DNA from: Curvularia clavata
Taxonomy: Eukaryota
Assembly: GCA_023920165.1 (NCBI GenBank)
Contig: CP089275.1
Span: forward strand, 496,001 to 560,000
Length of the DNA: 64,000 nucleotides
Direction of reading: 5' to 3'
The notes under the pieces were generated by a model that worked only from the letters and a program-made list of their open reading frames with translations, was not told the DNA's origin and ran no database searches. Made by a program: the position numbers and the translations under genes. This document shows positions 35,543 through 48,527 of this stretch, piece after piece. Positions within the stretch are counted from its first letter, which is position 1. Every line of letters starts with the position of its first letter.

Positions 35543-37202
35543 GCCACTGCGGCCATAGCAAGGGCCTCACTTGAGGATACATTGTTAAGAACGATGTCAT
35601 TTCGTTTGATTTTACTGCAACTTTCAAATAATAACTACAGTGATAGAAGTATTACATGTTGAAGTAGGAGAGTAAAGATTCATGTAATACAGCCAGTGTT
35701 ACAAGCTATAACTACCTATGGTACCTCACAGGACCCGGGAGGGCCGAGTAAGGCTATCCAATAGATTGGTAAAATCATCGGGACTCAGCGCAGGCCCTGA
35801 CCTTAGGTACCAAAATCACTTAGTGCTCTACACTTCATAACCTTTCAGGTCCAGAACTCAACTACAATATACTTAACTCCAATAAAAGACGTAAGAGTAT
35901 CTTCTTTGTATTATTTGTTATTATAAAAAGTTTAAAGCTGATGAAGAAGAAGTAGGAAAACTGAATAATCATTGGTGTGAAGTACAGTATTGCAGAGTCC
36001 TGACCATGTTGCCAACCCGATGCTAACCTAGGGAGCTTAGAAAAAAAAGTATAGCAAATAATTTTCGGATACGCAGGAGCCGCAAGCATGCCCGCAGCCT
36101 TGTGAGTGGAGATTAGTGGGGCGAGAGTTATCGCCAGACGATTATTACCTACAATTAGAAATATCCAATAGCAAATGTTGTTACATAGGCTTCTATTGCT
36201 GTCGCATGCTTCACAGACCACGCGCATCCCACATTGGCCATCGTGAACCTCAGCTCCAAAATAATGCCCGCCCAGAATTTAGGTATTGTCCTCTTCGGAT
36301 GCCTGAACTACCAAACATGATGGTCGTCGCTTTATACGTCTCGGCTATTGAGGTTCTTAACTCCGCCGCCACCATGAAACCCAGCCATCAAACACAATGC
36401 GTTTAGTCAAGTGCCCACGCCCTGGCGTGTGCGGTTCCGGCACACGTACGGTGGGACTGATGAGGTGACTCGCAGGGAGAAGAGAGCAAGTCAAGCGGCG
36501 TTGCAGATACGTTTACTGGGGTTACGGTGTAGGAACAGGGTCCTGGTTTTGAAACAGGTATCAAAGTCGACATCTCTGACGAATCGCGCCACAAGGGTTA
36601 CCTATCCGATGGTGCTGCGGGTGCTACTAGAGCGCAGTTAGCTGCGAAAATGGCGCCAAACAGTAATAATGTTTGGGTTGTTATATGCAAACCTTAGAGA
36701 AACGCTACGAACACGTATGCGTTCAACACCCGTTGCGGACATTCACCATCTTTCTTCATCGTGTTCAATTCAACCAACCCAGATATACATCTACAAGATG
36801 CTCATGCAAAGCATTCGCATCCGCTGTCATCAGCACGATGACGAACCACGTGTCGACACGGAAAATCCTTGTTGACAAACCGCTTAAACTCCAAACGTCT
36901 GGGTTCATTCCTGCACAACATCAAAGTGTGTTACAAAACACGTTCTCGTTTGCCATGACTCTGAACGAACCAATTGCCGCCTAGATTCCGAATCACAAAC
37001 TTGTGCAGCCCATCTCACACTTGGACCGACCCTGGTCCGGGTGGCAGCATTACCGGTTGCAGGAATGGCCCATGGTGATGTATTCATTAATGGAACAATG
37101 ACTGGCATAAAGTTTTCTGAGGCCTTTTGCTGTTTGTTTCTCTTCTCATCATCCATCGTAATAATTTCTGTTCTAATCTTCAATGCTTATTAGCACTGCA
37201 TA

Positions 37203-38417
37203 ATGGCAAGCTCGAATCTCGCGGAGCTGGTGTTGCTCGGCTCTATTACGACGCACTTGATTATTGTGCTTCTTGTCTTTGGGTATATTAGCGTCGCGTT
37301 GCGGCTATGGGTTCGGTGTAGCGTTACAAAGTCTCCTGGTTGGGATGATGTTGCTACAGTGGCCACACTGCTGCTGTTCACTACTTACTGCGCCTTCATT
37401 CTTGCTATTCGCCTTCGGGTGAAGGATGACAAGTTCTTTACTCAAGAGAGTATTCGGACAACTCTGATGGTACGTCACTGCAAGACTCCTCCCTGCCGGG
37501 ATGTACTCCATGCCCAGCTCATACGCTGACACTAGACTAGTTTGTTCAACTCTCAGAGGTCTTTTACATTCTCACAACCACACTCCTAAAAGTCTCTCTT
37601 GGTCTTTTCTTCCTACGGGTACTGACCAAAAAATGGCAAAGACTCATTTTTTACATCGTCCTTGGCGTGGGCGTGTTTTTCGGCCTTTTCTACTTCTTCA
37701 TAGTGCTCTTCCAGTGCGGTAACCCTGCACATATTGCTGACAACCTCACGTCACCAGGGGCACCTCGCTGTCTGCCTCGAAGACTTGGCCTAACCAGTGG
37801 TTACATATACGGCATCATCAACATTCTAGCAGACTGGACATTTGTTCTGATACCGATTTCTGTCCTTATGGATAGTGATCTTGATCGCGGAAGCAAGATT
37901 AGTGTGAGCATGGTGATGGGCTTGGGAGCCATCGGTAGCATCAGCTCAATCATGAGACTGGTGTATCTGGATGGACTGAGTCTGAGCGCAATAGGCGCTT
38001 TGAGCGGTATGATCACCTTTTTCAACCATATTCTCTACGAAACATACTGACGACTAGACAGAGGAGGCGATCAAAGCGACCATCTGGGCAACTGCCGAAC
38101 CCGGAACGGGCATCATTGCCGGATCCATTGCCATCTTGCGTCCTCTTGTCCGCCAGGTCGCTTCCGAAGTGCGGAAGCAAGCAACGCTCCACTCGAGATC
38201 GCGCAGTACATCAAAGCCAGACGACTCCATTGCACTGACGAGTCGTGAATCTATAACGCGGACCCAAGATAGCAAGAAGATAAGTATGGACAGCTTGCGC
38301 AGTGAGGATGGTAATGCACCATGGAGCCCGGCGATTGTGGGGACGGCAAACGTGCAGCGCGTGGTTGTTATAGAGGCGGGGAGGGCGAGTGTGACACCAG
38401 AAGCAAAGATGGTGTGA
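37203..38417 (+). CDS. PTH11-like (fungal rhodopsin-domain) integral membrane protein without CFEM, 3 exons
   Basis: VALRLWVR..GWDD, LKVSLGLFFLR, LFQCGNP, NILADWTFVLIPI, SISSIMRL and WATAEPGTGIIAGSIAILRPL. Two GT-AG introns near 37470-37540 and 38007-38057. Confidence 0.85.
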
Positions 38418-39094
38418 GATGATAAGTTGTTAGTAATAGTAAAATGGTTCATGCTTTCAGTATATTAGAATGTAGACCAAACTAATGAGATTTATGAACT
38501 TCAACTCTGGATATCCGATAGTACACACTATTTTGGAAATCTCCGATCATGTCTCTCTGGCTTTTAAATATACCTCGTACTAATAGAAAATATTCTTTCA
38601 GTAGCTCTTGTGGTATTGTAATGGGCAAACCCATCTTGGAACCTTGGCTTTTACGGCAGTAATTCATTAGCTATCTTGGTAGTGTGAATCGAGCCACGCC
38701 AAGGTCTTGTGTCTTGTCCTGGTTGGTCCAAGGCCTTGTCTTCTTTGTACGAGGCCTTGAAGGATAGCAACAGTGCGAGTTGCATCGTTATCATCAGTGC
38801 ACGTGACCTGTCCACCCGCTACCACCTCACGACAACTGGCATAGCTTATTGTATTTTGTGTAATCAAAAGACTCGAGAGGGATTTGCGGCTAGATGAGGT
38901 GTTACCAAGAGGCGAGTGCATGGCGGTCCAATGAGATGACGTAGCGCAAGTCAGATTCGGCAGAGCGGCCCAGGAACAGCGGCGGCGTTTGCTGAGGTCT
39001 TGAGGCTTGGGATTAGGGTCTCCCCCAGCATATCCACACCATGGCATAACCACCTGCTTACCCGCGCCATGTGTTCCTCGCAGCTAGAGACGAC

Positions 39095-40981
39095 ATGTGG
39101 ACATCGACGCTCCACCGATCGCGAGCCAGCATACGGCCTCGGGTTGCCTGCTTACAAGCACTCGCCAGCAGGCTCCCCCCATCCGCATACCACGCCATTG
39201 TCACCTCATGCATAGTTCTTCAACGCCGCCGTTTCCACGACTACTTCATAACGCATATCCCTTCGACGTCGCTGTCTCCCGACTCACGAACGCAACCGGC
39301 GCTGCACCACCGACTCCCGCGCGACAAGAGCACGCCGTACAATGCCGACCAGACGAACCGCTCACCAGCTGCCGTCGTGGGCCCGCCGTCGCGGGACATG
39401 ACGGTCGTGCGAATACCATTGAAGAGCGCAAAGCACCATTTTGGCGTGTCATTGTCCCGAGGAGCAAGACCATACAACGAGGATGCTTTCCAGGCGGGCA
39501 CCATTGACATCCCCGCATTCGCGAAACGGCGACCCATTTCCCTGACCAGAAAGGGACCTGGCGCAGAGGATAGCCAGGTGACTCCAGAAGTGGGCGCAAG
39601 CGGCGATCCCCAGGTGTTTTACTTTGGCGTCTTCGACGGGCATGGTGGTGCCGAGTGCTCTGGGTTCCTGCGCGAGCAGCTACATGACTATCTAGAAAAA
39701 GCGACCAAGCAATTCGAGTTGAAAAGCAGTCTCGCAAAGGACAGTTCCGTGACACATACAGGCGGCAGCCCCAGAGCAAAAGGCGAAGTTTCATCGGGAG
39801 AGCAGAGGAAGAGAGACAAGGAGAGTCTGGATGCCATCGAAACCCATACGCCACCGGGCACGCAAGCCATGAAGCCGCCGCAGCCTGGAACCGAGGACAA
39901 GATGCCGACACCAGGGTCCAAGTCGACTGAGAGAGCAGCAGCTGGAGCGCCGCCGGTCAAGCAATCGGACAGCATACGCAAGGCAGAGGAGTTGGAGCGA
40001 CAGCTGGTCAAGCAGTGGAAAGAGCTGGTGGGTGGATACTTTAGGCGCTTCAAGCCCGAGCATTTTTCCCTGTCAGCAGGCGGACAAGGCCACCCTGCCG
40101 AGAAGGAGGTTGTCGAGAAGCAGCGGGCGGGCATGTCAGAGGATGTCAAGGAGGGCATTGGAATTGAGACGGTGCTCGAATATGCTTTTCTCAAGGCCGA
40201 CTATGACTTTGTTGCAGCGCAAGTAGGCAAGAAGGAAGAGGATCCAGTGCGAGCAGATAAGGCGCTCAACGACGACGATATCCTCGGCCAACCATCGCGC
40301 ACAACGAGCAGGCATATTGCAGGAGAGAATCGATTCAAGGGCGGCAGTACATGCAGTGTAGCGCTCATCTCGACACCCACGCCATCGCCGTTCTGGCACC
40401 CTTCGTCGCCGTCATCACTTGTCACAGCACACGTGGGAGATACCAGAATACTTTTGTGCAACACAGCAACCGGATTGGCTGTACCGCTGACGTCCAACCA
40501 CCACCCCTCGCTGCCCGAAGAAGCAACGCGGCTCCGTAGGTATGCAGCCTCGTTCGTAACGGACTCATTTGGCGAGGAGCGCATGTCTGGACTCGCCAAC
40601 ACGCGGTCGTTTGGAGACATGGCCTCGAAACGAGTAGGCGTATCCGCAGAGCCAGAGATTCGTAGGATCGAACTCTCGCCAGCTGAGTACTCGTTCTTGG
40701 TGCTGTGCTCAGACGGAGTGTCGGGGCACCTGTCGGACCAGGAGATTGTGGATATTGTCAAGGAGGCAAAGACACCGGAGCAGGCGGCAAGGGATGTGGT
40801 GAGCTTTGCGGTCGAGACGTCGCGGGGCAGTGAGGGCGCAGACAATGCTACAGGGCTTGTGGTAAGGCTCGGGGGATGGGAAAGACGAGGTGAGGGAGGA
40901 CTGGGCAGCTTGGGCACAAAGGAAATGCGGGATTGGAGGAGGCAAGAGGCAGAGAACCCGCGGGCTATGGGGAGGATGTAA
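39095..40981 (+). CDS. PTC6: PP2C-family protein phosphatase, Ptc6-like (mitochondrial)
   Basis: RPYNED, FGVFDGHGG, GGSTCSVA, AHVGDTR, LANTRSFGD, LCSDGVSG and ADNAT motifs. Arg/Ser-rich N-terminus resembles a mitochondrial presequence. Confidence 0.85.
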   Translation: MWTSTLHRSRASIRPRVACLQALASRLPPSAYHAIVTSCIVLQRRRFHDYFITHIPSTSLSPDSRTQPALHHRLPRDKSTPYNADQTNRSPAAVVGPPSRDMTVVRIPLKSAKHHFGVSLSRGARPYNEDAFQAGTIDIPAFAKRRPISLTRKGPGAEDSQVTPEVGASGDPQVFYFGVFDGHGGAECSGFLREQLHDYLEKATKQFELKSSLAKDSSVTHTGGSPRAKGEVSSGEQRKRDKESLDAIETHTPPGTQAMKPPQPGTEDKMPTPGSKSTERAAAGAPPVKQSDSIRKAEELERQLVKQWKELVGGYFRRFKPEHFSLSAGGQGHPAEKEVVEKQRAGMSEDVKEGIGIETVLEYAFLKADYDFVAAQVGKKEEDPVRADKALNDDDILGQPSRTTSRHIAGENRFKGGSTCSVALISTPTPSPFWHPSSPSSLVTAHVGDTRILLCNTATGLAVPLTSNHHPSLPEEATRLRRYAASFVTDSFGEERMSGLANTRSFGDMASKRVGVSAEPEIRRIELSPAEYSFLVLCSDGVSGHLSDQEIVDIVKEAKTPEQAARDVVSFAVETSRGSEGADNATGLVVRLGGWERRGEGGLGSLGTKEMRDWRRQEAENPRAMGRM

Positions 40982-42120
40982 GAGCCTTTTTCTGGGGGAG
41001 CAAGTCACGGTGTGTTTCTACATGGAGGGAAGCAGGTCACGGTGCATTTCTGGCGTTTTCTTTTTTCTTTCTCCTTTGTTTCTTCTCGGACGGACAGTGG
41101 AGCGGGTGATGGTGGTGCATTTGCATGTCCATGTAGTGACGAGTGCAGGCCAGCGAACTGTGTCGTGTGATATCACGTGTACCTTTGGCTTCCCGGTGCC
41201 AGCATGCAGTGTTTAGTGGTCCACTATGACGACTGTGGATGGTATACAAGGCCGGCCGGGCAGAAATGGGCCGAGGGTGACTCGTCATGGTGATGATGTG
41301 CGGTGTGGTGCCCAATGGCCTCGTCGATGATTCGTTTCTGGATGTGTAGAGTGGCTTGGCAGAAAGCAGATGGTGCTTGGTGAACGAGTAGTGTGTTGTT
41401 GCATGTAGGGCAGGGTACTTGTCTGTTGTGTGCGTAGTGAGCATGCATATGAGGCATTCGTAGAGCTTCTCTCTGCATCTCTTCCTGGCTAGTCGATCCG
41501 TCGCCGTCTCCAATCCAGAGGGCTGCGTATATTGTCTGGTCCGGCTGTCTCACAGGGCTGCATGGACGTGTTCCGGGCCGTGGGGGAAAAGGCAAGCACG
41601 ATGCGCAAGCGAGCCAATGCGCGGTTGCCAGGCGGGCGCTCTTGCCTCGACTGCGGCGCGCGCAACTGTCCAGCGGCGGTGCCTGGGCGCTTCTGACTTC
41701 TTTCTGCCTGTTTGTTACCTACGCCCTACTTTACTCCAATAACTTGGACATCGGCACATCCACACGCTTCACCCGCCCCATTTGCGTTCTCCCGTCCGTC
41801 CTGTTTGCTGCCCTGGATCGGCCGCCCTTGCTTCTCAAACTCTCCCACCAAAAGCCCGTCCCGGTAGTGGGGCAGACAGACCCTTAACAAGGAAAACAAC
41901 ACGTGAACTAGGCTTGTCTACGCTCGACCTTCGTTCGCTTCAAATTCCCTCCTGACGACCATCCGTTCCACTACTCCTTCTCAAGCTTTCTCTCACTCCC
42001 TCAGCCGCCCCTTCGCCGCATCTCTCTTCTGCTCATTCCGCCAACGCGGCCTTTTTTAATTCTCTTCGCCCTCCAGGATACCCCTCTTCCAGCCCGCGAG
42101 CCATAACCCCTTCACCCAGT

Positions 42121-45063
42121 ATGGATATCAACCAGGTGTTGGAGGGAACTTACGCTGCCGGTACGCCGCCTTGCTTCCCTTGCCCGACCCTGCCTTGTGC
42201 ATAAAGGGCCTCTCCCTGACTGACACGTCCTGTGCAGATGCCAGCATTCGTAACAGCGCAGAGCAGCAGCTGCAACAGGCTGCCGACTCTAACTTTGTAA
42301 GTCGCCGCACCAGCCCCAAGGCTGCACGCCGCCTCGTCACAACGCACCCACTAACCTCGATGCCTCGCTCCAGCCTCAATACCTTACCGTCCTTGGTGGC
42401 GAACTCGCAAATGAACAGGCCGCACCGCAAATTCGCCAGGCCGCCGCCCTGGCCCTGAAGAACGCTTTCACCGCCCGCGAATATGCCCGGTTACGTCAGG
42501 TCCAGGAGCGATGGCTCAGCCTCGACCCCCAGATCAAGCAGCAAGTCAAGGCCATGGCCCTCGGCACCCTGGCCACACCAAACAAGGGTGTTGGCTCTGC
42601 TGCTGCCCAATTCATAGCCTCCGTCGCCGCCATCGAGATACCCCGCAATCAGTGGCCGGAGCTGATGACCACACTCGTCGAAAATGTCGGCCAAGGTACA
42701 GACAGCCAGAAGCAATCTTCGCTCACCACAATTGGTTTCGTGTGCGATACAGACGATGTCGAGCTGCGGGATGCTCTGTCACATCACTCCAACGCCATCT
42801 TGACAGCAGTGGTCCAGGGTGCCCGTAAGGAGGAGACCAACAACGACGTCCGTGTAGCTGCCATCAATGCCCTCAGCGACTCAATCGAATTCGTCCGCTC
42901 AAACTTTGACAATGAGGGTGAGCGTAACTACATTATGCAGGTCATCTGCGAGGCTACACAGGCCGACGACACACGCATCCAGCAAGGCTCGTACGGATGT
43001 CTGAACCGCATAATGGGTCTCTACTACGACAAGATGCGCTTCTACATGGAGAAGGCGCTGTTTGGTCTCACAATCCAGGGTATGAAGAGCGACGAAGAGG
43101 ATGTTGCAAAGCTTGCCGTAGAGTTCTGGTGCACCGTTTGCGAGGAGGAAATCGCTATCGAAGACGACAACACACAGGCTCAAGCAGAGGGCTCCACTGA
43201 ACTGCGAGAATACTTCAACTTTGCCCGTGTCGCTACTCAAGAGGTCGTTCCCGTGCTGCTCGAGCTCATGGCCAAGCAGGACGAGGATGCCGACGACAAC
43301 GAGTACAACACATCGCGTGCCGCATACCAATGTCTGCAGCTCTGGGCTCAATGCGTCGGCAGTGGCGTCATGCCCCCAGTTCTGGCTTTTATTGAAAAGT
43401 ACATTCGCGCAGAGGACTGGCACTACAGGGATGCGTCCGTCTCCGCTTTTGGTGCCATCATGGAGGGTCCCGAGGAGTCGGTTCTGGATCCCATTGTGAA
43501 GCAAGCGCTCCCCACTCTGATTGGCATGATGGACGACCAGAACATCCACGTCAAGGATTCGGCTGCCTATGCATTGGGCCGCATTTGCGAGGCTGTTCCC
43601 AGCGCCTTGGACGCTCAGCAGCACCTTCCACCACTGATTGGCGCTCTCTTCAACGGCCTCGCCAGCAACCCCAAGATGGCCGCGTCTTGCTGCTGGTCTC
43701 TGATGAATCTGGCTGATAGGTTCGCCGGAGAACCTGGATGCCAGAGCAACCCGCTGTCGCCTCACTTTGCCCAGAGTGTCCAGAGCTTGTTGCAAGTCAC
43801 CGAGCGTGCCGATGCCGACAACACTCTGCGCACTGCCGCCTACGAAGTTCTCAACTCGTTTGTTAACAATGCTGCTGGCGACAGCGTGCCGCTGGTCAAT
43901 GAGCTTTCTAACGTCATCCTCGAGCGACTGGACAAGTCCATGGCACTCCAGACTCAGGTTGTCAATGTCGAGGACAAGCTGACTCTTGAGGAAATGCAGA
44001 CCAGCTTGGCCAGTGTCATAATGACCATTATCCAGCGACTGGAGGGTGACATCAGGCCTCAGTCCGACCGCATCATGCAGGCCTTGTTGAGCCTGCTGTC
44101 GTCGCTTCCTCCCAAGTCAAGTGTCCCAGACACTGTCTTTGCTGCTGTCGGATCCATTGCGACCGCGCTTGAGGAGGACTTCCAGAAGTACATGGAGGCA
44201 TTTTCGCCTTTCCTGTACAACGCACTCAACAACCAGGAGGAGCCTGCTCTCTGCTCCATGGCTATTGGTCTGGTCTCCGATATCACTCGATCCTTGGGAG
44301 AGCAGGTTCAGCCCTACTGCGATGCTTTCATGAACTCGCTTCTCAACAACCTCCGCAGCCCTGCCCTCGGCAACCAGCTCAAGCCTGCAATCCTGCAGTG
44401 CTTCGGCGACATTGCGCACGCCATTCACGGTGCTTTTGAGACATACCTTCCCGTAGTCGCCCAGGTTCTTCAACAGGCCGGGCAAGTGACCATCACAACT
44501 GAAGGCAACTACGAGATGATCGACTACATCACCTCCCTTCGCGAAGGCATCATGGACGCCTGGGATGGATGCATTGTCGCCATGAAGAGCAGCAACAAGA
44601 CTCAACTCATTGTTCCCTACATGGACTCCATCTTTGACCTTCTGCGCACCATCCAGCAAGACAGCAACCGCACCGAAGCTCTTCTCCGATCTTCATGCGG
44701 TGTGATTGGGTAAGCATCAAGACAATCACCTACTAAGAAAATTACTAACGTTTCCCAGTGACCTTGCGGACGCTTTCCCTGCTGGTGACTTTAGGGAATA
44801 CTTCCGCCACGACTTCCTTACCGCGTTGGCAAGGGAGACTCGCTCAAACCAGGACTTCAGCGGCCGCACTCGCGACACTGCTCGATGGGCACGTGAGCAG
44901 ATCAAGCGCCAAGTTGGTATGTCATTCTACACCAACCCCTACCTCCGTCCTGCTCTGTGTTAGAGTGGACATCCCACACACGCACCCCTCCCTCAATATA
45001 TATATTATCCAGCCCACTGACTTTTGTCCTCGTTCAGGCGGTAATCAAGGTGTCATGGCCTGA
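42121..45063 (+). CDS. KAP95: Importin beta-1 (karyopherin beta), 5 exons, 872 aa
   Basis: Exons 42121-42160, 42238-42296, 42374-44709, 44759-44916 and 45038-45063 join in frame. IBN_N start (AEQQLQQAA), AVEFWCTVCEEE, acidic loop QDEDADDNEY, HEAT repeats. Confidence 0.95.
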
Positions 45064-46235
45064 GTGTCTTGACACTCTGCCCCCTCCCCCAGCGCCGTAG
45101 GCTTTGAGTCATGCATTGGCTATGATGTTAGATGGTCTCCATGGAGGCAGTGTCTAGCGTGTGGCTAAATCATGAATTCTAGTTCCCTCTGGCGTTCCCC
45201 AGTACGTTTAAGATCGGCCTGAACCACGTCGCCGTGTACAGAACCGCGGTCCCCTCACGGTACTTGCTCTAGAGAGTTTTTGTACTTTTCTGGAGCTACG
45301 GCCGACGTACCCCGATCACGCCTTTTGAGAGGCTGGATATCAAGATGCTCCGAGTGTCTCGTATCCACGACCCATTGCTTTGTTCAGAGTCACGGCCTGA
45401 TTGAGCGACTGCACGATGTGGACACGACCGTCTGCCAGAGCATGAACGATCACGATACGGATGGACGAACACATTTGGCACGCCTCCAACGGCTCACGAC
45501 AACGACAAGAGGAACAAAAGTCGATGAAGATGAGCCTCTTCCCCCCTTCCTCACCCCCCTTGTACACCAGCCCACAGCATCATCCCCCCCTTAGCACCGC
45601 GGCACAACCCGACCCACAACCCCCCTAAGCACCATGCGTAAGCCCCCCAAACCCGAATCGCATAGCCCACATTCTCCAACACCGTCATGTAGCACCAAAA
45701 GTCTTGTAAGGCAGAGAGCAATGTTTCCTGCCAGGAGAAGGAATAGATTATTCGTCCTCTATCTGTGTGAGTTTTTTTTTTATTTAATTGTTTAAACACC
45801 AGTCTTGTCTGTGTAGTTCACGGAGCAGGCTGGGAGATGGTGGATTTTTTCTTTCTTTCTTTCTCTTCTTCTATAGTTGTAATGATAGATCTGGAAATTT
45901 TGTGATTGTGCGTGTGAAAGTGATGTTGCAGATTTGAGAGAAGTGATGTGTGTTTTGTCTTTCTTTCTTTTCTAAGGGATTACTGTGATTGTAATAGGTC
46001 CGTCGTCATGGTAAATGTTTAAAAAGAAGAATTTATGTACAAGAATAGGATCGCATCGTGACGAAAGGAGAAAAGGTAAAGTGTCCCCATGTCCTCTCCT
46101 GCTCTCTCTCTCTCTCTCGCTCGCTTGCTCTCTCTGTCTTACCCTGGTCTATCCACCCACGTTCTTACCAACTCTAACACATCATCCTCTTCCTCTGTTT
46201 CTCTATCCCTCTCTCTCTACGAGCTTAATAACCAC

Positions 46236-47705
46236 CTACAACTCCTTCTTCAAAAAGTGCTCCGGGCGATGATCCGTCTCATAATCCACATGGACATAAG
46301 CACGCTCTACATCGGGCAAGCTCTCCAACTTCATCTGCAGCTCCTCTGCGACATCGTGGGTAGCACGCAGCGTAGCATCCGGGTCCATGACGATGTCGAC
46401 CTCGACAATGAGGCGGGGCCCGCTATGGTACGCGCGAACGGTGTCGATTTGCAGGATAGTCGGGGAGTGTGTCATTGCTAGTCTGTATGTTAGCATTGCG
46501 GAAGGGAAACCAAGGGGTGGGAAGGAAAAGAACGCACAGATATAAGTAATATGCTGTAGCATATTTGTATCAGCCGTGACGCCAATCAAGAGCTGGAATT
46601 CCGAATACGCAGTGCGACTCCAGAGGAAGATGATGAGAACGGAAAGTATCATTGCGCCCATGGGGTCTATCCACCATTTAAGTTTGGATCCGCCGACGCT
46701 GGTAAGCACACCGAAGCCATTGATGAAGAGGTCGTTGCGGTGGTCTTCCCATAGAATACGCACTTGGCTGTACTTGTTGCGCAGCGCCCAGCAGTACAGG
46801 AACAAGCTGAATTTTGTGGCAAAGGCGATGCTGACGGCTATCACGGAGGGGAGATAGAAGTCGTTGGTCTCGGGCCCGGAGTGCTCGGCGACGGTGCGGA
46901 TGGATTCGACGATGATGACGACCGAGACGGTGATCATGAGGGCGCAGAAACACAGGTTTCCGGCTGTCTCGATGCGTGCTTTACCAGAGGGGAACTTTCG
47001 CGCGTCGACGCGGGCTACGGCGCGGTTGCACAGGATCAGGGTTAGGTTGGATAAGGGATCGAAGAGCGAGTCGGCCATCGTGGTGAAGAGGGAGAGAGAC
47101 TGAGAGGATATGGCTGCGTAGAGCTGTAGCACGGCGAGCAGGATGTTGGCAGCGAAGGAGCCAATGACGGCGATTTTGTACTTGAGGTGGTTGGCATGGT
47201 CTTCTTCTTTGGCTGCGCGCCGGTGGTCGTCGACGGGCTTGAGGAGCCGCTCGATGTTTTCGTTCTGAGCAGAGTAGAATTCCTCGAGTTTCTTGGCCGT
47301 CCGCGCTTTGGAATTGAGGCTGATAGGGCCGCAACCATCGCGCTTCCGCGACGTGTTGGCTCGGATGAGGGCGAGTTCGGATTCGGGCTTGATGGCGGCG
47401 GCGAGTCGGTAGGGGTCCGTGTCGGATGTGTAGGCGGGTGGGGACTGTGATTCTACGTCTTGAGAGGCAGAGGCGGGGACATGGCGAGCATGGTGGTCGG
47501 TTGCGGTGGAGGGAGAGCGCTCAATGGCAGTACTACTGGCGGCGGGCTTGGCTTGGCCGGGTGCGCTGTCGACGTGCGAGGTGCTGTTGCTGCTGCTGGG
47601 GTGCAGATGCACGTGAGGGCTGGACGTGCGTTCAATGCGGTCCGGGTGCGTGTGGAAGGGATGCGGTTTCATAGAAATGGCATGGTGCAGATCGGGCTCC
47701 GTCAT
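46236..47705 (-). CDS. Cation diffusion facilitator (CDF, Mn-type MTP8/11-like) transporter, 2 exons
   Basis: SLFTTMADSLFD, WEDHRND, VRAYHSGP, VEVDIVM, ERAYVHVDYE..H.PEH. Probable 60-nt intron at 46478-46537. Confidence 0.92.
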   Translation of the reverse strand: MTEPDLHHAISMKPHPFHTHPDRIERTSSPHVHLHPSSSNSTSHVDSAPGQAKPAASSTAIERSPSTATDHHARHVPASASQDVESQSPPAYTSDTDPYRLAAAIKPESELALIRANTSRKRDGCGPISLNSKARTAKKLEEFYSAQNENIERLLKPVDDHRRAAKEEDHANHLKYKIAVIGSFAANILLAVLQLYAAISSQSLSLFTTMADSLFDPLSNLTLILCNRAVARVDARKFPSGKARIETAGNLCFCALMITVSVVIIVESIRTVAEHSGPETNDFYLPSVIAVSIAFATKFSLFLYCWALRNKYSQVRILWEDHRNDLFINGFGVLTSVGGSKLKWWIDPMGAMILSVLIIFLWSRTAYSEFQLLIGVTADTNMLQHITYICAFFSFPPLGFPSAMLTYRLAMTHSPTILQIDTVRAYHSGPRLIVEVDIVMDPDATLRATHDVAEELQMKLESLPDVERAYVHVDYETDHRPEHFLKKEL

Positions 47706-48527
47706 GGTTTCGCTGACGTAGTGGCGTGTCGTATCGCTATGACAGGGGCGCGTATGTTGGACGCTGCAAGAGAGAGAAAGAGGGCGAGAGAGAGGCGGAC
47801 GGTCAGCAGCAAGACGGACAAAAAGGTTATGTGCTTTTGCCAACGATTGCCAACAGCGCCCAGTTCACAGATTGGTAGCGGTGGAATAGGCCCGAGGGTG
47901 GCCAAGCTGCTAGGCTGCGATCGACGGAGGGCGGACCGCGCTTGGGACTTGGATGCTCTGCACGTGGGGAGGCGTGGTGGAGGAATTGAGGGGCACTTGC
48001 TGGGCTTGTCTGAATGTACGCGGGAACGAAGGCACGAGAACAAGCAGTTGCTATGCCACCACGGGGTTGGAATTGCAATGATTCTGTGTGCAGAGGCTAA
48101 ATAGTTCAATTTGCGAGGCGACCGCCCAACAACATCCGCTTTCCAGAGCTCGTAACGATACGCCATGTATACGTCCTTTATCGATAACGGTATACCCATC
48201 TTGGCTAGATGGTATATCACGTGATTATGGGCCCCACAATAACTATCGTGGAGTCTCCTTCATATCGGTGTTGACGTTTATTATTTTTTTACATCCTTCC
48301 GCTCTCGTTAAAGGAAGAGTCTTTGCTTGTTTACAATAATTAGCCACTCCCAAGTCAGAATGTTATATCACAGAGAACTAAAATAGGTCATTCGCCATCT
48401 CGTAGTGAATGCCTAGTTTACACATGCCCTTTAATAGAACTTAATAGTCTCAAGTAAAGAATGAGCAAAACTACGCAGCTAATTAATGTTATGTATCTCT
48501 ACAGACTTATGTCAGAAATACCACTCC

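Noticed and set aside
35697..35842. Possible solo LTR (TGTTACAAG...CTTCATAACC)
   Set aside because: Imperfect termini, no target-site duplication and no internal retroelement sequence.
42899..44659. Long antisense ORFs (298 and 180 aa) within importin beta; similar shadows occur in the PP2C, MFS and CDF genes
   Set aside because: Expected shadows of codon-biased genes, with no motifs of their own.
46100..46220. CT-rich microsatellite-like tract
   Set aside because: Ordinary 3'-UTR low-complexity sequence.
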